The notes under the pieces: model-generated
The model's database searches: none
Seen by the model: the letters and a program-made list of their open reading frames with translations, nothing else
What the model was told of the DNA's origin: nothing
Virus record (IMG/VR): IMGVR_UViG_2562617039_000002
Span: 1,278 to 65,277 of that record
Length of the DNA: 64,000 nucleotides
From: a virus
Taxonomy: Duplodnaviria > Caudoviricetes
Direction: 5' to 3' (one strand)
In this document: positions 37,654 to 46,850 of the stretch, one piece after another
Position numbering within the stretch: position 1 is the stretch's first letter
Layout: each line of letters opens with the position of its first letter
Position numbers and translations under genes: made by a program

Positions 37654-38454
37654 CTACGCAGGTTGTGCGATATTCCAGATATTTCGATACGCCAGTGGAT
37701 GAAGCTCCAGATCGTCCATAGCGCCCTGAACCGCAGCTAGCCCGCGGAAAACAAGAGACCTTCCCGCTGCAGTTGCCTGCTTGTGCTTGAAGCCGTCTTT
37801 CTCGCCTATTTCGGCCAGCGTCTGCCCGCCCAGCACCGCATCCTCGAACGGCTCGATGAGCGGCCCAAGCCTTGACCGCAGATAGGCAAGTATCGGTCTT
37901 GTATCAATTTTCTCGAGCAGCAGATCGTCCGTGAATTTCAAACTGAGGCTCGGAGTTTTACCGGTCTTTGGAATTGGCATCGTGCCATCGTCGTTCTCGA
38001 AGTAAGCATCGACTTTGACATTCACCTTGCGCATTGCAGGAAGGGCATAAGCTCCTTTGCTTTTGCGCAGCTTGCCGGAATATTCGATTTCTCCACCTTT
38101 CACGCCGCCTTCCCAGTTTCGTGCGGCAGCGGCCTCTACATCTTCGACGCCCTTTAGGCGTTTGCTTTCTTGAGCAGCGTGCAAGCCTGCATCGTATCCG
38201 TAGTCTTGGCCCTTAAGCGGCTCGGCCTCGGCTATGGCTACAAGGCGCCGGTATCGCATAACTAGCTCGATAAAGCAGTGTAGCTTGTCTCGGCGCAAAA
38301 CCGCCAGCAGTGGGAAATCCTCGTTATCATTCGCAGGAACGGCAGGGTCTCCGATAGACTGGCGCTGTTTGATGCGTCGCAATTGCGTGGCCATTGCCTT
38401 GGTTTCCTGCTTGGCCCGTGCTGCTCGGTCCAGATAAATCACATTTCCCATCAA
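37654..38454 (-). CDS. Putative late transcription regulator (Q-like position, C-terminal HTH)
   Basis: TLAEIG......A..AGR.LV..GL HTH-like segment; last gene before the late operon. Confidence 0.55.
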   Translation of the reverse strand: MMGNVIYLDRAARAKQETKAMATQLRRIKQRQSIGDPAVPANDNEDFPLLAVLRRDKLHCFIELVMRYRRLVAIAEAEPLKGQDYGYDAGLHAAQESKRLKGVEDVEAAAARNWEGGVKGGEIEYSGKLRKSKGAYALPAMRKVNVKVDAYFENDDGTMPIPKTGKTPSLSLKFTDDLLLEKIDTRPILAYLRSRLGPLIEPFEDAVLGGQTLAEIGEKDGFKHKQATAAGRSLVFRGLAAVQGAMDDLELHPLAYRNIWNIAQPA

Positions 38455-38654
38455 GCTGCCTCCTCATTCAGAAGATCCGACAGGTACACGCCGTCGACCG
38501 CATAGAACTCGAATTCTTCCCGGCGCTTAATTGCCGCCGTCTGCCAGCCTCTTAGTTCCAAGTCTCGTGCATATGGAGATGATGAATGCTGGTCTTCATC
38601 GATCGGGCAGTTGTCATTCGCGGCGAAATATTTGTCTTTCAGTTTCTGCTTCAT
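38451..38654 (-). CDS. Hypothetical protein
   Basis: ATGA-coupled on both sides. Confidence 0.65.
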   Translation of the reverse strand: MKQKLKDKYFAANDNCPIDEDQHSSSPYARDLELRGWQTAAIKRREEFEFYAVDGVYLSDLLNEEAA

Positions 38655-39160
38655 GCTGCTTTCCCCTTCTCTTGTGCAAGCCACCCCAGAACCGCCGTAA
38701 CGGCCTGCTCAGCGGCCTCTGTCGTTGTGGTGGCCCGAATGACCAGAACCGTGTAGCCAAGCCGCTGTAGGGCAGCGTGGCGGTCTTTCTGGGCCGGCGA
38801 CAGTCTTCCCTGCCCGACCTTGTTCTCGATCATCAGCAGACGCCCGTATTCGCCATAGATGCGAAGGTCAGGTTCGCCGCTGGTCATTCCTGTTGCGATT
38901 GCCTGAGCTTGGGCTCTTGGCCCGCGCTTGCTGGCGTTCATGTCACCCGCCAGCAGGAACTGGCGTTGGTACTGTGGCAGTCGGCGCAGGCTGGCTACTT
39001 GTGCCGCCTGTAATTCCCATTCGAGCGGCGGGGCTGGCTTGGTCGTCACCTTCCCGGCCTTTGTGGTGACCTTGACGCGAGCGCCGTTGATGCGGACGGT
39101 TTGTGTTTTGGTGGCGGTCGTGGTCGTAGATGAAGGCGCGCGCGTGCGGTTGCGTGCCAT
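38651..39160 (-). CDS. VRR-NUC domain nuclease
   Basis: GEPDL, IENKVGQGRLSPAQK..H..L..LG..V.V. Confidence 0.85.
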   Translation of the reverse strand: MARNRTRAPSSTTTTATKTQTVRINGARVKVTTKAGKVTTKPAPPLEWELQAAQVASLRRLPQYQRQFLLAGDMNASKRGPRAQAQAIATGMTSGEPDLRIYGEYGRLLMIENKVGQGRLSPAQKDRHAALQRLGYTVLVIRATTTTEAAEQAVTAVLGWLAQEKGKAA

Positions 39161-39315
39161 GTGAGCTCCTCGTGCTTATTGCGGTATGCCGTTGGTAGCG
39201 GCGAGAGGAGTGTGGAGTGCCTCAATAAATGTGGTGTTAATGACCGACGTAGCGTGGCGAAAATTTTCCGCCCGCCTCAAATCAGGTTGTATTCTGGAAT
39301 TGGCAAAAATCAGGA

Positions 39316-39470
39316 AAAGTGCGCACTTCTCAAAACTCGAGAACTGCGCGCCGCGCGCTTTGTGCGTAAGTTTCTATATAAGAACACTTACGCACCAAAA
39401 GCAGCGTGCATTTGCGAACTTCTTTTAGGCCTTTTCGAGAAGTGCGCACAAAGAAGTGCGCAGTATCAGA
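39316..39470. repeat. Inverted repeat and AGAAGTGCGCA-type repeats, candidate replication origin
   Basis: GTGCGTAAGT (39362-39371)/ACTTACGCAC (39386-39395) around TTCTATATAAGAA; AGAAGTGCGCA at 39438 and 39452. Confidence 0.6.
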
Positions 39471-39606
39471 AGTTGTATTTTGATTATGACATCGGGTTGT
39501 ATTGGGCGGCTGGCAAGGTACATTTGGCGCCAGCGGTACTTGCCTGAATCTGAGATTCCCGGCTATATCCCCCCGCTTTCAAAATAGCAGAGCGTTAAGT
39601 GGCACT

Positions 39607-39990
39607 GTGACTCGTATTAATTGCGTAGACCCGTCAGAATTAACCGGCCCCCATCTTGTAGCCGAGTATAGGGAATTACCGCGTGTTTTCGCTTTGGTGC
39701 GCTCAGCGATAGAGCGAGGAGAGGCACCCACGGATGCCCGCAACCCATCCGTTTATACCTTGGGTAAGGGGCACGTTCGCTTTTTCTATCCCCGGCTTGG
39801 CTACCTCGCCAAAAGACAGGCAGCGATTATCGACGAAATGCTCGCGCGTGGATATTCCCCGCAGTTTACCAACATCGATCAACTGCTAGACGGCTTCCCC
39901 GATGTATGGTGCAATGATTGGGAGCCGACCGAAGATGCCGTAGCTATCAATCGCGCAAGAATCTCCGAGCGCCTGGCGAAGCGCCCCTGA
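39607..39990 (+). CDS. denV: Pyrimidine-dimer DNA glycosylase, T4 endonuclease V family
   Basis: MTRIN...HL.AEYRELPR with Thr2, Arg22, Glu23, Arg26; LGKGHVRFFY; TTGCCT-N17-CTATAT promoter at 39540-39568. Confidence 0.92.
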   Translation: MTRINCVDPSELTGPHLVAEYRELPRVFALVRSAIERGEAPTDARNPSVYTLGKGHVRFFYPRLGYLAKRQAAIIDEMLARGYSPQFTNIDQLLDGFPDVWCNDWEPTEDAVAINRARISERLAKRP

Positions 39991-40070
39991 CCGTCGAGCC
40001 GAACCGCGTATCGTTCTCTCCAAATTTTTAGTGATAGAGGTTAGCTGATCCGAACCTGATGGAGGAAACA

Positions 40071-40298
40071 ATGGCTAAAATCGGTCGTACCGGCTTCAAC
40101 AAAATTCTAGGTGCGGGCTATACCGTGCTTAACCATGATCCTCTGGTCGGAATTCTCACTCTCAAAACAGATACAGGTACCATCGAATTGGCAATGATCA
40201 AACCTGTAGCCGAAGCATTAATGGGTGAACTAATCGACTTCCTGCAGGAAGGCAAAGGCGACGATGCCCCAAGCTTCGCGGTCGAGCGGAGTCAGTGA
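40071..40298 (+). CDS. Hypothetical protein
   Basis: GGAGG RBS. Confidence 0.65.
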   Translation: MAKIGRTGFNKILGAGYTVLNHDPLVGILTLKTDTGTIELAMIKPVAEALMGELIDFLQEGKGDDAPSFAVERSQ

Positions 40299-40493
40299 AA
40301 CCGCCGTTCGATGGCGGGGCACGTCTAACGCGGCGATAGCATGCTGTAAGTTACTTCCGGCACTAATATCAGCTTTCTCTAATAAGCAATGCGATCCTCT
40401 TCTAATTAACCATCGCGGGCAATTCCAGATGCATGGTTTATAATTTACGAGTATTTCTTCCATTATTATCACGTTAAAGTAACGGAGGGCATA

Positions 40494-40898
40494 ATGTTTA
40501 AATATATCGCCATAGCGTTAGCAGCTGTGTTCTTCTCGGGCTCTGCTTTAGCATCCTCTGAGTGCGATAATGCGCAAGATCAGGCCACAATGAACAAGTG
40601 TGCCGGTCAGGGCTTTCAAAAAGCGGACAAGAAACTGAATTCGCTTTACCAACAGCTTGAAAGGCGTCTTGCTGGCAACGACGCTAAGAAGCTTCTGACC
40701 ATATCACAACGGGCTTGGATTAAATTCCGAGATGCAGAATGTGAATTTTCATCCTCAGGAACAGAGGGCGGCACGGTGCAACCGATGGTATACGCTATGT
40801 GCCGGGAAAGATTAACAGCCGACAGGAGCAAGCAACTTTCCGAACACCTGAAATGCGAAGAAGGCGATCTGTCCTGCCCTCAACTTTCAAGTGATTAA
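40494..40898 (+). CDS. Lysozyme inhibitor LprI family (DUF1311) secreted protein
   Basis: Signal peptide; C..A..Q..MN.CA...AD..LN..Y, SQRAWIKFRDAEC. Confidence 0.88.
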   Translation: MFKYIAIALAAVFFSGSALASSECDNAQDQATMNKCAGQGFQKADKKLNSLYQQLERRLAGNDAKKLLTISQRAWIKFRDAECEFSSSGTEGGTVQPMVYAMCRERLTADRSKQLSEHLKCEEGDLSCPQLSSD

Positions 40899-40935
40899 GA
40901 GAGCGCTCGAATATCGCCTTCGATCTTACCCCACG

Positions 40936-40963
40936 AAAAAAAGCGGAGCCGAAGCCCCGCTTT
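40936..40963. terminator. Terminator between convergent genes
   Basis: AAAAAAAGCGG...CCGCTTT. Confidence 0.75.
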
Positions 40964-40986
40964 CACGATTTAATTTCCGGCCGATA

Positions 40987-42072
40987 TCAAGTTGAGTCAA
41001 ACAAACGCCCCTCTCCCTGGAGCCGCAGCAGCGGTGCGGTAAACTCTGCGCTGAACCCTTCTGGTTTATATTCGGACCTAACTTCCCCCGAACCAAGAAG
41101 CCCCATTCTTATGAGTTTGGAGCCAAAACCTGTCTTTGTCGGCGGGGCTACCGGCGGTCCTCCGATTTCGATCCAATTCATTGAGAAAACCGGCTCAACC
41201 TGCCTTTTGGATATAGCAACGTTCAGTTGCACTTGCCCCGTAGGGTTAGAAAGCGCACCGTACTTAATCGCGTTTGTTGTCAATTCGTGGACCAATAGCG
41301 AAATGGTCGATGCGCCCTTCGGGCCTACCGATACATCTGGCCCTGCCATGTGAACGCGATCGTCAACTGCAAGCGCAGTTGTTACTCCAGATACGATCTG
41401 ACGCAACGAACCTTCCGAGCTTTTGCCGAGCCTCAGTACATCATGCGCGTTCCCCAACGCAGAAAGCCGCTTTATGAATGTATTAATGACCTCTTCATCG
41501 GCATTGTTATTGAATGTCTGGCTCGCAATAGCGGACACCACGCTGAAGGTATTCTTGATGCGGTGAGCGAGTTCGGTATTCAGAATCCGGGCGTGCTTTT
41601 CGGCTTCCACTTTTTGCGTGGTCTCAATGACCGTGTCGATCATCCCGCCGACCCGACCCTGTTCATCAAAGATTGGGCTGTAGCAGAATGTGAAATAGCA
41701 TTGTTCATCATATCCGTGTCGATCGATCACGAGCGGAAAGTCTTCGATAAATGTCGCCTCGCCAGCGTAGGCTTTCTGAACCATGGGCAGCAACTCATCC
41801 CAAGCCTCCGACCAGATATCGCGGAAAGATGCTCCCATGCAGTTCTCTTTTTCCCCGAGAATTGGTCGGAAAGCATCGTTATAAATCGTCGTAAACTCCG
41901 GCCCCCAAATGATTGCTTTGGGAAAATGCGAAGCCAACATCATCTGTACTGCAGTGACCAAGTGCGCCGGCCAACTCGCTGGCCCCCCTATGGGGTTCCG
42001 GCTCCAATCCAACAGCCGAATTTCATCAGCCGACTGACCACGCGCATGCAGGAAGGGCACCGCACTGTCCAT
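40987..42072 (-). CDS. PAS-domain HWE-family sensor histidine kinase
   Basis: ELAHRIKN H-box, HELTTNAIKYGALS, WIEIGGP, GFGS; N-terminal PAS. Confidence 0.92.
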   Translation of the reverse strand: MDSAVPFLHARGQSADEIRLLDWSRNPIGGPASWPAHLVTAVQMMLASHFPKAIIWGPEFTTIYNDAFRPILGEKENCMGASFRDIWSEAWDELLPMVQKAYAGEATFIEDFPLVIDRHGYDEQCYFTFCYSPIFDEQGRVGGMIDTVIETTQKVEAEKHARILNTELAHRIKNTFSVVSAIASQTFNNNADEEVINTFIKRLSALGNAHDVLRLGKSSEGSLRQIVSGVTTALAVDDRVHMAGPDVSVGPKGASTISLLVHELTTNAIKYGALSNPTGQVQLNVAISKRQVEPVFSMNWIEIGGPPVAPPTKTGFGSKLIRMGLLGSGEVRSEYKPEGFSAEFTAPLLRLQGEGRLFDST

Positions 42073-42177
42073 AGTGTATTCCAATTTGATCGAGGAAGAT
42101 TCGTAGGCGGCACCGCCTAATCTTATGAGATAGGGCACGCAAATGCGAGCAGCAAAGTTATACTGGCATCAGTTGAA

Positions 42178-44361
42178 TCAAACCGCCCGCACAAACGATG
42201 TCGTTTTCCGCTGGATCGGATCGCGCTCCTCGACTTTTGCCAGGAAGCCTTCCTTGAACAGCGCCTTGGTAATGAGGTTGGTCCGCTTCTTCTGCACCTC
42301 GTCGTCGACATCCAGCCCCAGCGCATATGCCACGGCGTGCCCAACCCAGTCTTTTGCCTGCGGCGCCTGCTTATACATGCCGCCGTTTACAGCGCCACGG
42401 ATAGCTTCTTTTTGTTCATCGGTCAGCCCTTCTGCCACTTCCTCGCTCGACGGCCAATGCCATTCAGTGACGACCGGCGCATGGTCCTGCGGCTGGGTCA
42501 GCCCACGACCATTGCCCAATGCGACGCTTTCGATATGCCGCCAGTCCAGCCGGTGTGACAGCGGCGTAAGGTTCGACTTGCCGTATGTGATCGAGAAGTA
42601 GCCGAACCGATCCATACCGGGAATGCCCGCCTCATTGGCTTGCGCTTCTGACATACGATTAAGCACGCGCACCGAACGCGCTGCACCGATCAGAGCCACA
42701 GCGCCGCGTGCGTCTTCGACGGTAGCCTCGCGGTCGCTCACCTTGCGCAGGTGGTGCACGATGTCGATGGAGCAGTTCGTATAGTCCGCGATCTGCGCCC
42801 AGAGTTTCGCAACCTTGTCGATAGCACCGTTGTCGTTTTCGTTGACCTGGTGCGTCGACACGAACGGATCGACGATCATCACGTCGATCCCATTGGCAAG
42901 GATGGTTTCGGCAACTGCCTCGACGATCGGCTCCTGGATTTTGACGCCTTTCTTGTCGTCGATGGCAACGACAAGTTCCTGCTCACGGCCACTGTCGAGG
43001 AACAGATGACCGTCTATATCTTCCGGCTTCAGGTTGAAGTGGATGCACGCCGCCATTATGCGTCGCTCAAGCTCGTCGCGCGGATCTTCCACGTTAAAGA
43101 GCCAGACCTTGAGCCGGCGCGGCGGCTTGACGCCGTTTAGAGCCTTGCCAGACGCCATCGCGAGCGCTTCCACGATGCTGTTCGCAGTTTTGCCAAGGCC
43201 GCCCGGTGCAACCGTCACCGAGACGTACTTGCGGATGAAATGCCGACCAAAGGCAAACTCGCGGCGTGGCAGTGTTGACGGATCTTTCCACTGGAAGGGT
43301 GTGGCTGCGAGGATGGGTTGGTCGGCGGGTTCTTCTTCGATGGGCGGCAACTTCTCTGGATCAATCTGGACGGTCGTCACTAGTTCTTCGGGGTTGACCT
43401 CTCCGCCCTCCACCTTCGCCCGCGCGTTATCGAGCATGCGTGTAATGTCCACGAGCTTGGTATTGTCGTTGACGGCTTCTGGTGCCTGACGCGGATGCAT
43501 CTTGCCAGCCTTCAGCCCATTGTCGATCGTTTTGCAGCAACGTGGGAAGTCCCTGCCCCAGCCGCGCGCCACATCTTGCAGCAAGGCCCGCGCTTCGGAT
43601 TCCGACAAAGCCCCGGCGCCGACGAACGTGCCCAGCCGGAACGCCGCGTCGTTCAAGCGATTGTTGCGGTTGCCCATCGGTTCCATGGCTAGGTCGTCGA
43701 GCTCGGACTGCACCGCGCGCTCGACGTATCGGTCATTAATCGTGCCAGACACCGACGGCGCCTGGTACATGGTCGTGCTGTCGTATGACCGTGGCAAGAC
43801 AAGCTCCAGCAGCCAGTCCGGCGCACCGACCGGCTCCATATCGACCAGCCAGCGGTAAGGCTGGCCAATAGCAGGCACGCTGCCAGCCGCGATGACATAG
43901 CCACCGTCGCCACGAACATCGATGCCGGCACCCAATGCGCCACGATTGCGGACGCCAGCCTTGTGTTTGAAAAAGTAATGTCGGCCCCCGCTCGTGGTTT
44001 CAGCGGTAAGCGTCGCGGGCAATGCGCCGTGCTCGGCTTCCAAAGCCGCAAGCGTGTCTGGCCCGCCGTGCTTCGGATCGATATCCAACACCCACGCCCC
44101 GATAGGCGCCCCGGTCGGCACGCCGACCATTGCAGCTGGGTTTCGCCGCCAGAGTTCACGAACAATTCGCTCATTCAGCGTCGCGCCGCGGAACCCGTTT
44201 GAGGTCAGCGGAGTTTTGGTGGCGAGGATTTCGATAAGGCCGTCCTCGTCGACGAATTCCTCATCGGCGGCACGGCATGGAAATACAGGCCAGTTACGCG
44301 CCGTGTAGGACAGAGCGACGTCGAGCATGGGGTCGGTATCCGGTAATACAGATTGCTGCAT
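42178..44361 (-). CDS. Bifunctional primase/polymerase fused to AAA_25 (RepA-like) helicase
   Basis: WPVFPC, VLDID.KHGG, TTSGGRHYFF, Walker A APGGLGKT, IVDPF, IVHH. Confidence 0.92.
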   Translation of the reverse strand: MQQSVLPDTDPMLDVALSYTARNWPVFPCRAADEEFVDEDGLIEILATKTPLTSNGFRGATLNERIVRELWRRNPAAMVGVPTGAPIGAWVLDIDPKHGGPDTLAALEAEHGALPATLTAETTSGGRHYFFKHKAGVRNRGALGAGIDVRGDGGYVIAAGSVPAIGQPYRWLVDMEPVGAPDWLLELVLPRSYDSTTMYQAPSVSGTINDRYVERAVQSELDDLAMEPMGNRNNRLNDAAFRLGTFVGAGALSESEARALLQDVARGWGRDFPRCCKTIDNGLKAGKMHPRQAPEAVNDNTKLVDITRMLDNARAKVEGGEVNPEELVTTVQIDPEKLPPIEEEPADQPILAATPFQWKDPSTLPRREFAFGRHFIRKYVSVTVAPGGLGKTANSIVEALAMASGKALNGVKPPRRLKVWLFNVEDPRDELERRIMAACIHFNLKPEDIDGHLFLDSGREQELVVAIDDKKGVKIQEPIVEAVAETILANGIDVMIVDPFVSTHQVNENDNGAIDKVAKLWAQIADYTNCSIDIVHHLRKVSDREATVEDARGAVALIGAARSVRVLNRMSEAQANEAGIPGMDRFGYFSITYGKSNLTPLSHRLDWRHIESVALGNGRGLTQPQDHAPVVTEWHWPSSEEVAEGLTDEQKEAIRGAVNGGMYKQAPQAKDWVGHAVAYALGLDVDDEVQKKRTNLITKALFKEGFLAKVEERDPIQRKTTSFVRAV

Positions 44362-44383
44362 GATTACCTCGGGAGGGAAAGAG

Positions 44384-44581
44384 ATGTGTAAAGACTACGA
44401 TATGCTTCAGAGCGGTGATGGCACGTGGTCCATTGTGGCTAAGTCCACGCGGCGGCCGATAACATTCAAAGGCCGACTCCAAATCGCGTTGACGGAAGAC
44501 GTTGCCCAGCAAGCTTTTGCGATCCTCGATCGCGTCGAACATGAGCGCGAACAACAGTTGCGAGACGGACGACTGATGTAG
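44384..44581 (+). CDS. Small hypothetical protein, paralog of 10382-10582
   Basis: GGGAGGG RBS; YDM....DGTW.IV...G.LQ..LTE..A..A..L.R. Confidence 0.65.
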   Translation: MCKDYDMLQSGDGTWSIVAKSTRRPITFKGRLQIALTEDVAQQAFAILDRVEHEREQQLRDGRLM

Positions 44582-44671
44582 GGATGACCGTCTAAGCTCC
44601 TGCGATTTAAACTGGAAAACCGCTGGTTGTTTTTGTAGTGCTTAACCCTGACTTTAAACGGGGGGGTAAGC

Positions 44672-45487
44672 ATGACTTGGGGCTTTGTCGTAGGCAGACA
44701 CTATAACAGGCGAAACGACATTCATGGTCAGTTTGCTGGCCAGCAACAGGGTGGCATCGTTACTCCGTCCAACCATAACGTTGTAATTATCATCACCGGC
44801 AAGGCTGGCAGTCATTACGGCTATGAAGACCAACACCTGCCCGATGGACGTTTTGACTATTATGGTGAAGGTCAAGTCGGCGACATGGAAATGGTCCGCG
44901 GCAATAAAGCAATTCGCGACCATGCTATGTTGGGCAAGGATCTACTCCTTTTTGAAAGCCTCGGGAAAGGCAAGGATCTTAACTTCCTGGGCAGCTTTAT
45001 CTGCGAGAGTTGGCGATGGGGACAGTCGCCTGATCGCAACGATGATATGCGCAAAGCCATTATCTTCGAACTTAGAAACCTCGAGAACATTGTTGAAGCC
45101 GTCGACGATGAACAGCCCGTTCCCGCTGTCGATTTAGCAGCTATGCGAGATCTTGCTCGTCAAGCAGCGGGAGGCCGCGAGGGCAAAGCGTCAACTCGTA
45201 CCATCTATGAGCGAAGCCGACACGTTAGAGATTACGTGCTTGCTCGGGCTAACGGTTATTGCGAGGGTTGCGGCTGCCAAGCGCCTTTTCTGCGAGTCAA
45301 CGGCCAACCTTACCTGGAACCTCATCACATCCGTCGAGTGAGCGACGGCGGCCCTGATGATCCCGCATTCGTGATTGCGTTATGCCCTACTTGCCATCGC
45401 AAAGTTCATCACGGCCAAGGTGGCTCCACATACAACGATACGTTACTCAAGAAGATGCCATCTATCGAACCGCCGAACGGAACTTAA
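44672..45487 (+). CDS. SRA-HNH fusion, probable type IV (modification-dependent) restriction endonuclease
   Basis: YNRR.DIH..F.GQ.QGGI.TP, Y.D...G.FDYYGEGQ.GDM, CEGCG...LEPHH...ALCP.CHR. Confidence 0.8.
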   Translation: MTWGFVVGRHYNRRNDIHGQFAGQQQGGIVTPSNHNVVIIITGKAGSHYGYEDQHLPDGRFDYYGEGQVGDMEMVRGNKAIRDHAMLGKDLLLFESLGKGKDLNFLGSFICESWRWGQSPDRNDDMRKAIIFELRNLENIVEAVDDEQPVPAVDLAAMRDLARQAAGGREGKASTRTIYERSRHVRDYVLARANGYCEGCGCQAPFLRVNGQPYLEPHHIRRVSDGGPDDPAFVIALCPTCHRKVHHGQGGSTYNDTLLKKMPSIEPPNGT

Positions 45488-45804
45488 AACGGCGCCTCCT
45501 TCAACGCTTCCCGCATCCCTCGCCCGCACCCTTCCCATGCGGCTTTGACCAGCATGCGCGCTTCCAGTTCGTCCATTTCCTTAAGGTCGGTTTTCTGTAT
45601 GGCCTGCAAGTATTCCCCAACCGACTCGACGCCGGTATCAAGGGCGCGCAGTTCGTAAGGATCTAGCCGACGCCGATGCCGAATATGCTCGGCGATGTCG
45701 GCGCATTCCTTGCACAGCCAGCGGATTGGCTCGCGGTCTACCTGCACGCCGAGGCCGGCGGCGTGGCGGGCGCAGACGTGGCAGATGTCGGCGTCAGGCT
45801 GCAT
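45484..45804 (-). CDS. Hypothetical Zn-finger protein (DUF6511-like)
   Basis: C.VCAR...WLC..C, ends EAPF. Confidence 0.65.
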   Translation of the reverse strand: MQPDADICHVCARHAAGLGVQVDREPIRWLCKECADIAEHIRHRRRLDPYELRALDTGVESVGEYLQAIQKTDLKEMDELEARMLVKAAWEGCGRGMREALKEAPF

Positions 45805-46831
45805 TTGCAGTCTCCGCGCAGTTGTCGTTGGCCACGTCGAAGATGTTGTCTTGCCTGTTATCAAGCGCCGCAATGTTCCGCCCAGCCTGCAAAAAGTAGG
45901 ACGGCTTTAGCTCGAACCCGATACCCTTACGCCCGGCAGCAACCGCGCCGTATACCTCACTACCGATTCCGAGAAATGGCGTCAGCACGACGTCGCCGGG
46001 ATTGCTCCACAACTCGATGCAACGCTCAATAACGTCCAACTGCAAAGGCGAAATGTGCTGCTCGTCCTTCTCGTCGCGTGCCGACCGATACTGCAGGGTG
46101 CGTGTCTGGTTGATGTCCATCCAGACTGGCGATGCATAACGCTGCCAGACTTCAATCGAGAACCATTTCTCGGCCCGTGCCCGATCTTCACCAGATGCCA
46201 ACCTGTCAGCTAATGCCGTCGGTTCGTTGCCATAGCCGACATAACGATCGAACATGCCATCAACCGGGTCAGGATTATCGCCCGGCTTACGGAACATCAG
46301 CATATAGTCAGCAAGTCCCTGCCCGCTGATCGTGCTATCCTTGGTGATCTGCTTATGCAGAAGACGGATGGATTTCGTGCGCTGCTGCGCGACAACTGGA
46401 TCTTTCCAGATGCAAACTTCACTGTGGAAGATCCAACCTGCATCTTCGTATGCGCGCACCACTTCACCGCGGAAGTCGCGCATGCCGATATGGCCATGTC
46501 TGATCTTGCTGGTTGGCAACTGCATGCAATGCACTGCGTGGATTCTGCCCGGCATGGTCACGCGTAGCAATTCTTGGATCAGGTAGGCGTAGTGCTCCCA
46601 AAATCCATCGCCGTCGTTGTTGCTAATGTCGCGATCGGAATTGCTGAACCGATAAAGCCCCTCGAAAGGCGGGCTATGGATGCCAAAATGCACCGTTCCA
46701 GTCGGTACGCCGCGAATAAGTTCGCATGCGTCACCTTCATAGATGGCGTAATTGTCGGTGATGACTTGATTGATGGCTTTCACCGCCGCAATTTTAGTTT
46801 CGATAGATTGGTCGGTAATTCTCTTGCTCAT
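45794..46831 (-). CDS. DNA methyltransferase, N4-C/N6-A beta class
   Basis: Motif IV SPPF before motif I LTPFLGIGSE; HISPLQLDVIERC. Confidence 0.9.
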   Translation of the reverse strand: MSKRITDQSIETKIAAVKAINQVITDNYAIYEGDACELIRGVPTGTVHFGIHSPPFEGLYRFSNSDRDISNNDGDGFWEHYAYLIQELLRVTMPGRIHAVHCMQLPTSKIRHGHIGMRDFRGEVVRAYEDAGWIFHSEVCIWKDPVVAQQRTKSIRLLHKQITKDSTISGQGLADYMLMFRKPGDNPDPVDGMFDRYVGYGNEPTALADRLASGEDRARAEKWFSIEVWQRYASPVWMDINQTRTLQYRSARDEKDEQHISPLQLDVIERCIELWSNPGDVVLTPFLGIGSEVYGAVAAGRKGIGFELKPSYFLQAGRNIAALDNRQDNIFDVANDNCAETANAA

Positions 46832-46850
46832 GAAATTCTCCTCGTGTCGG

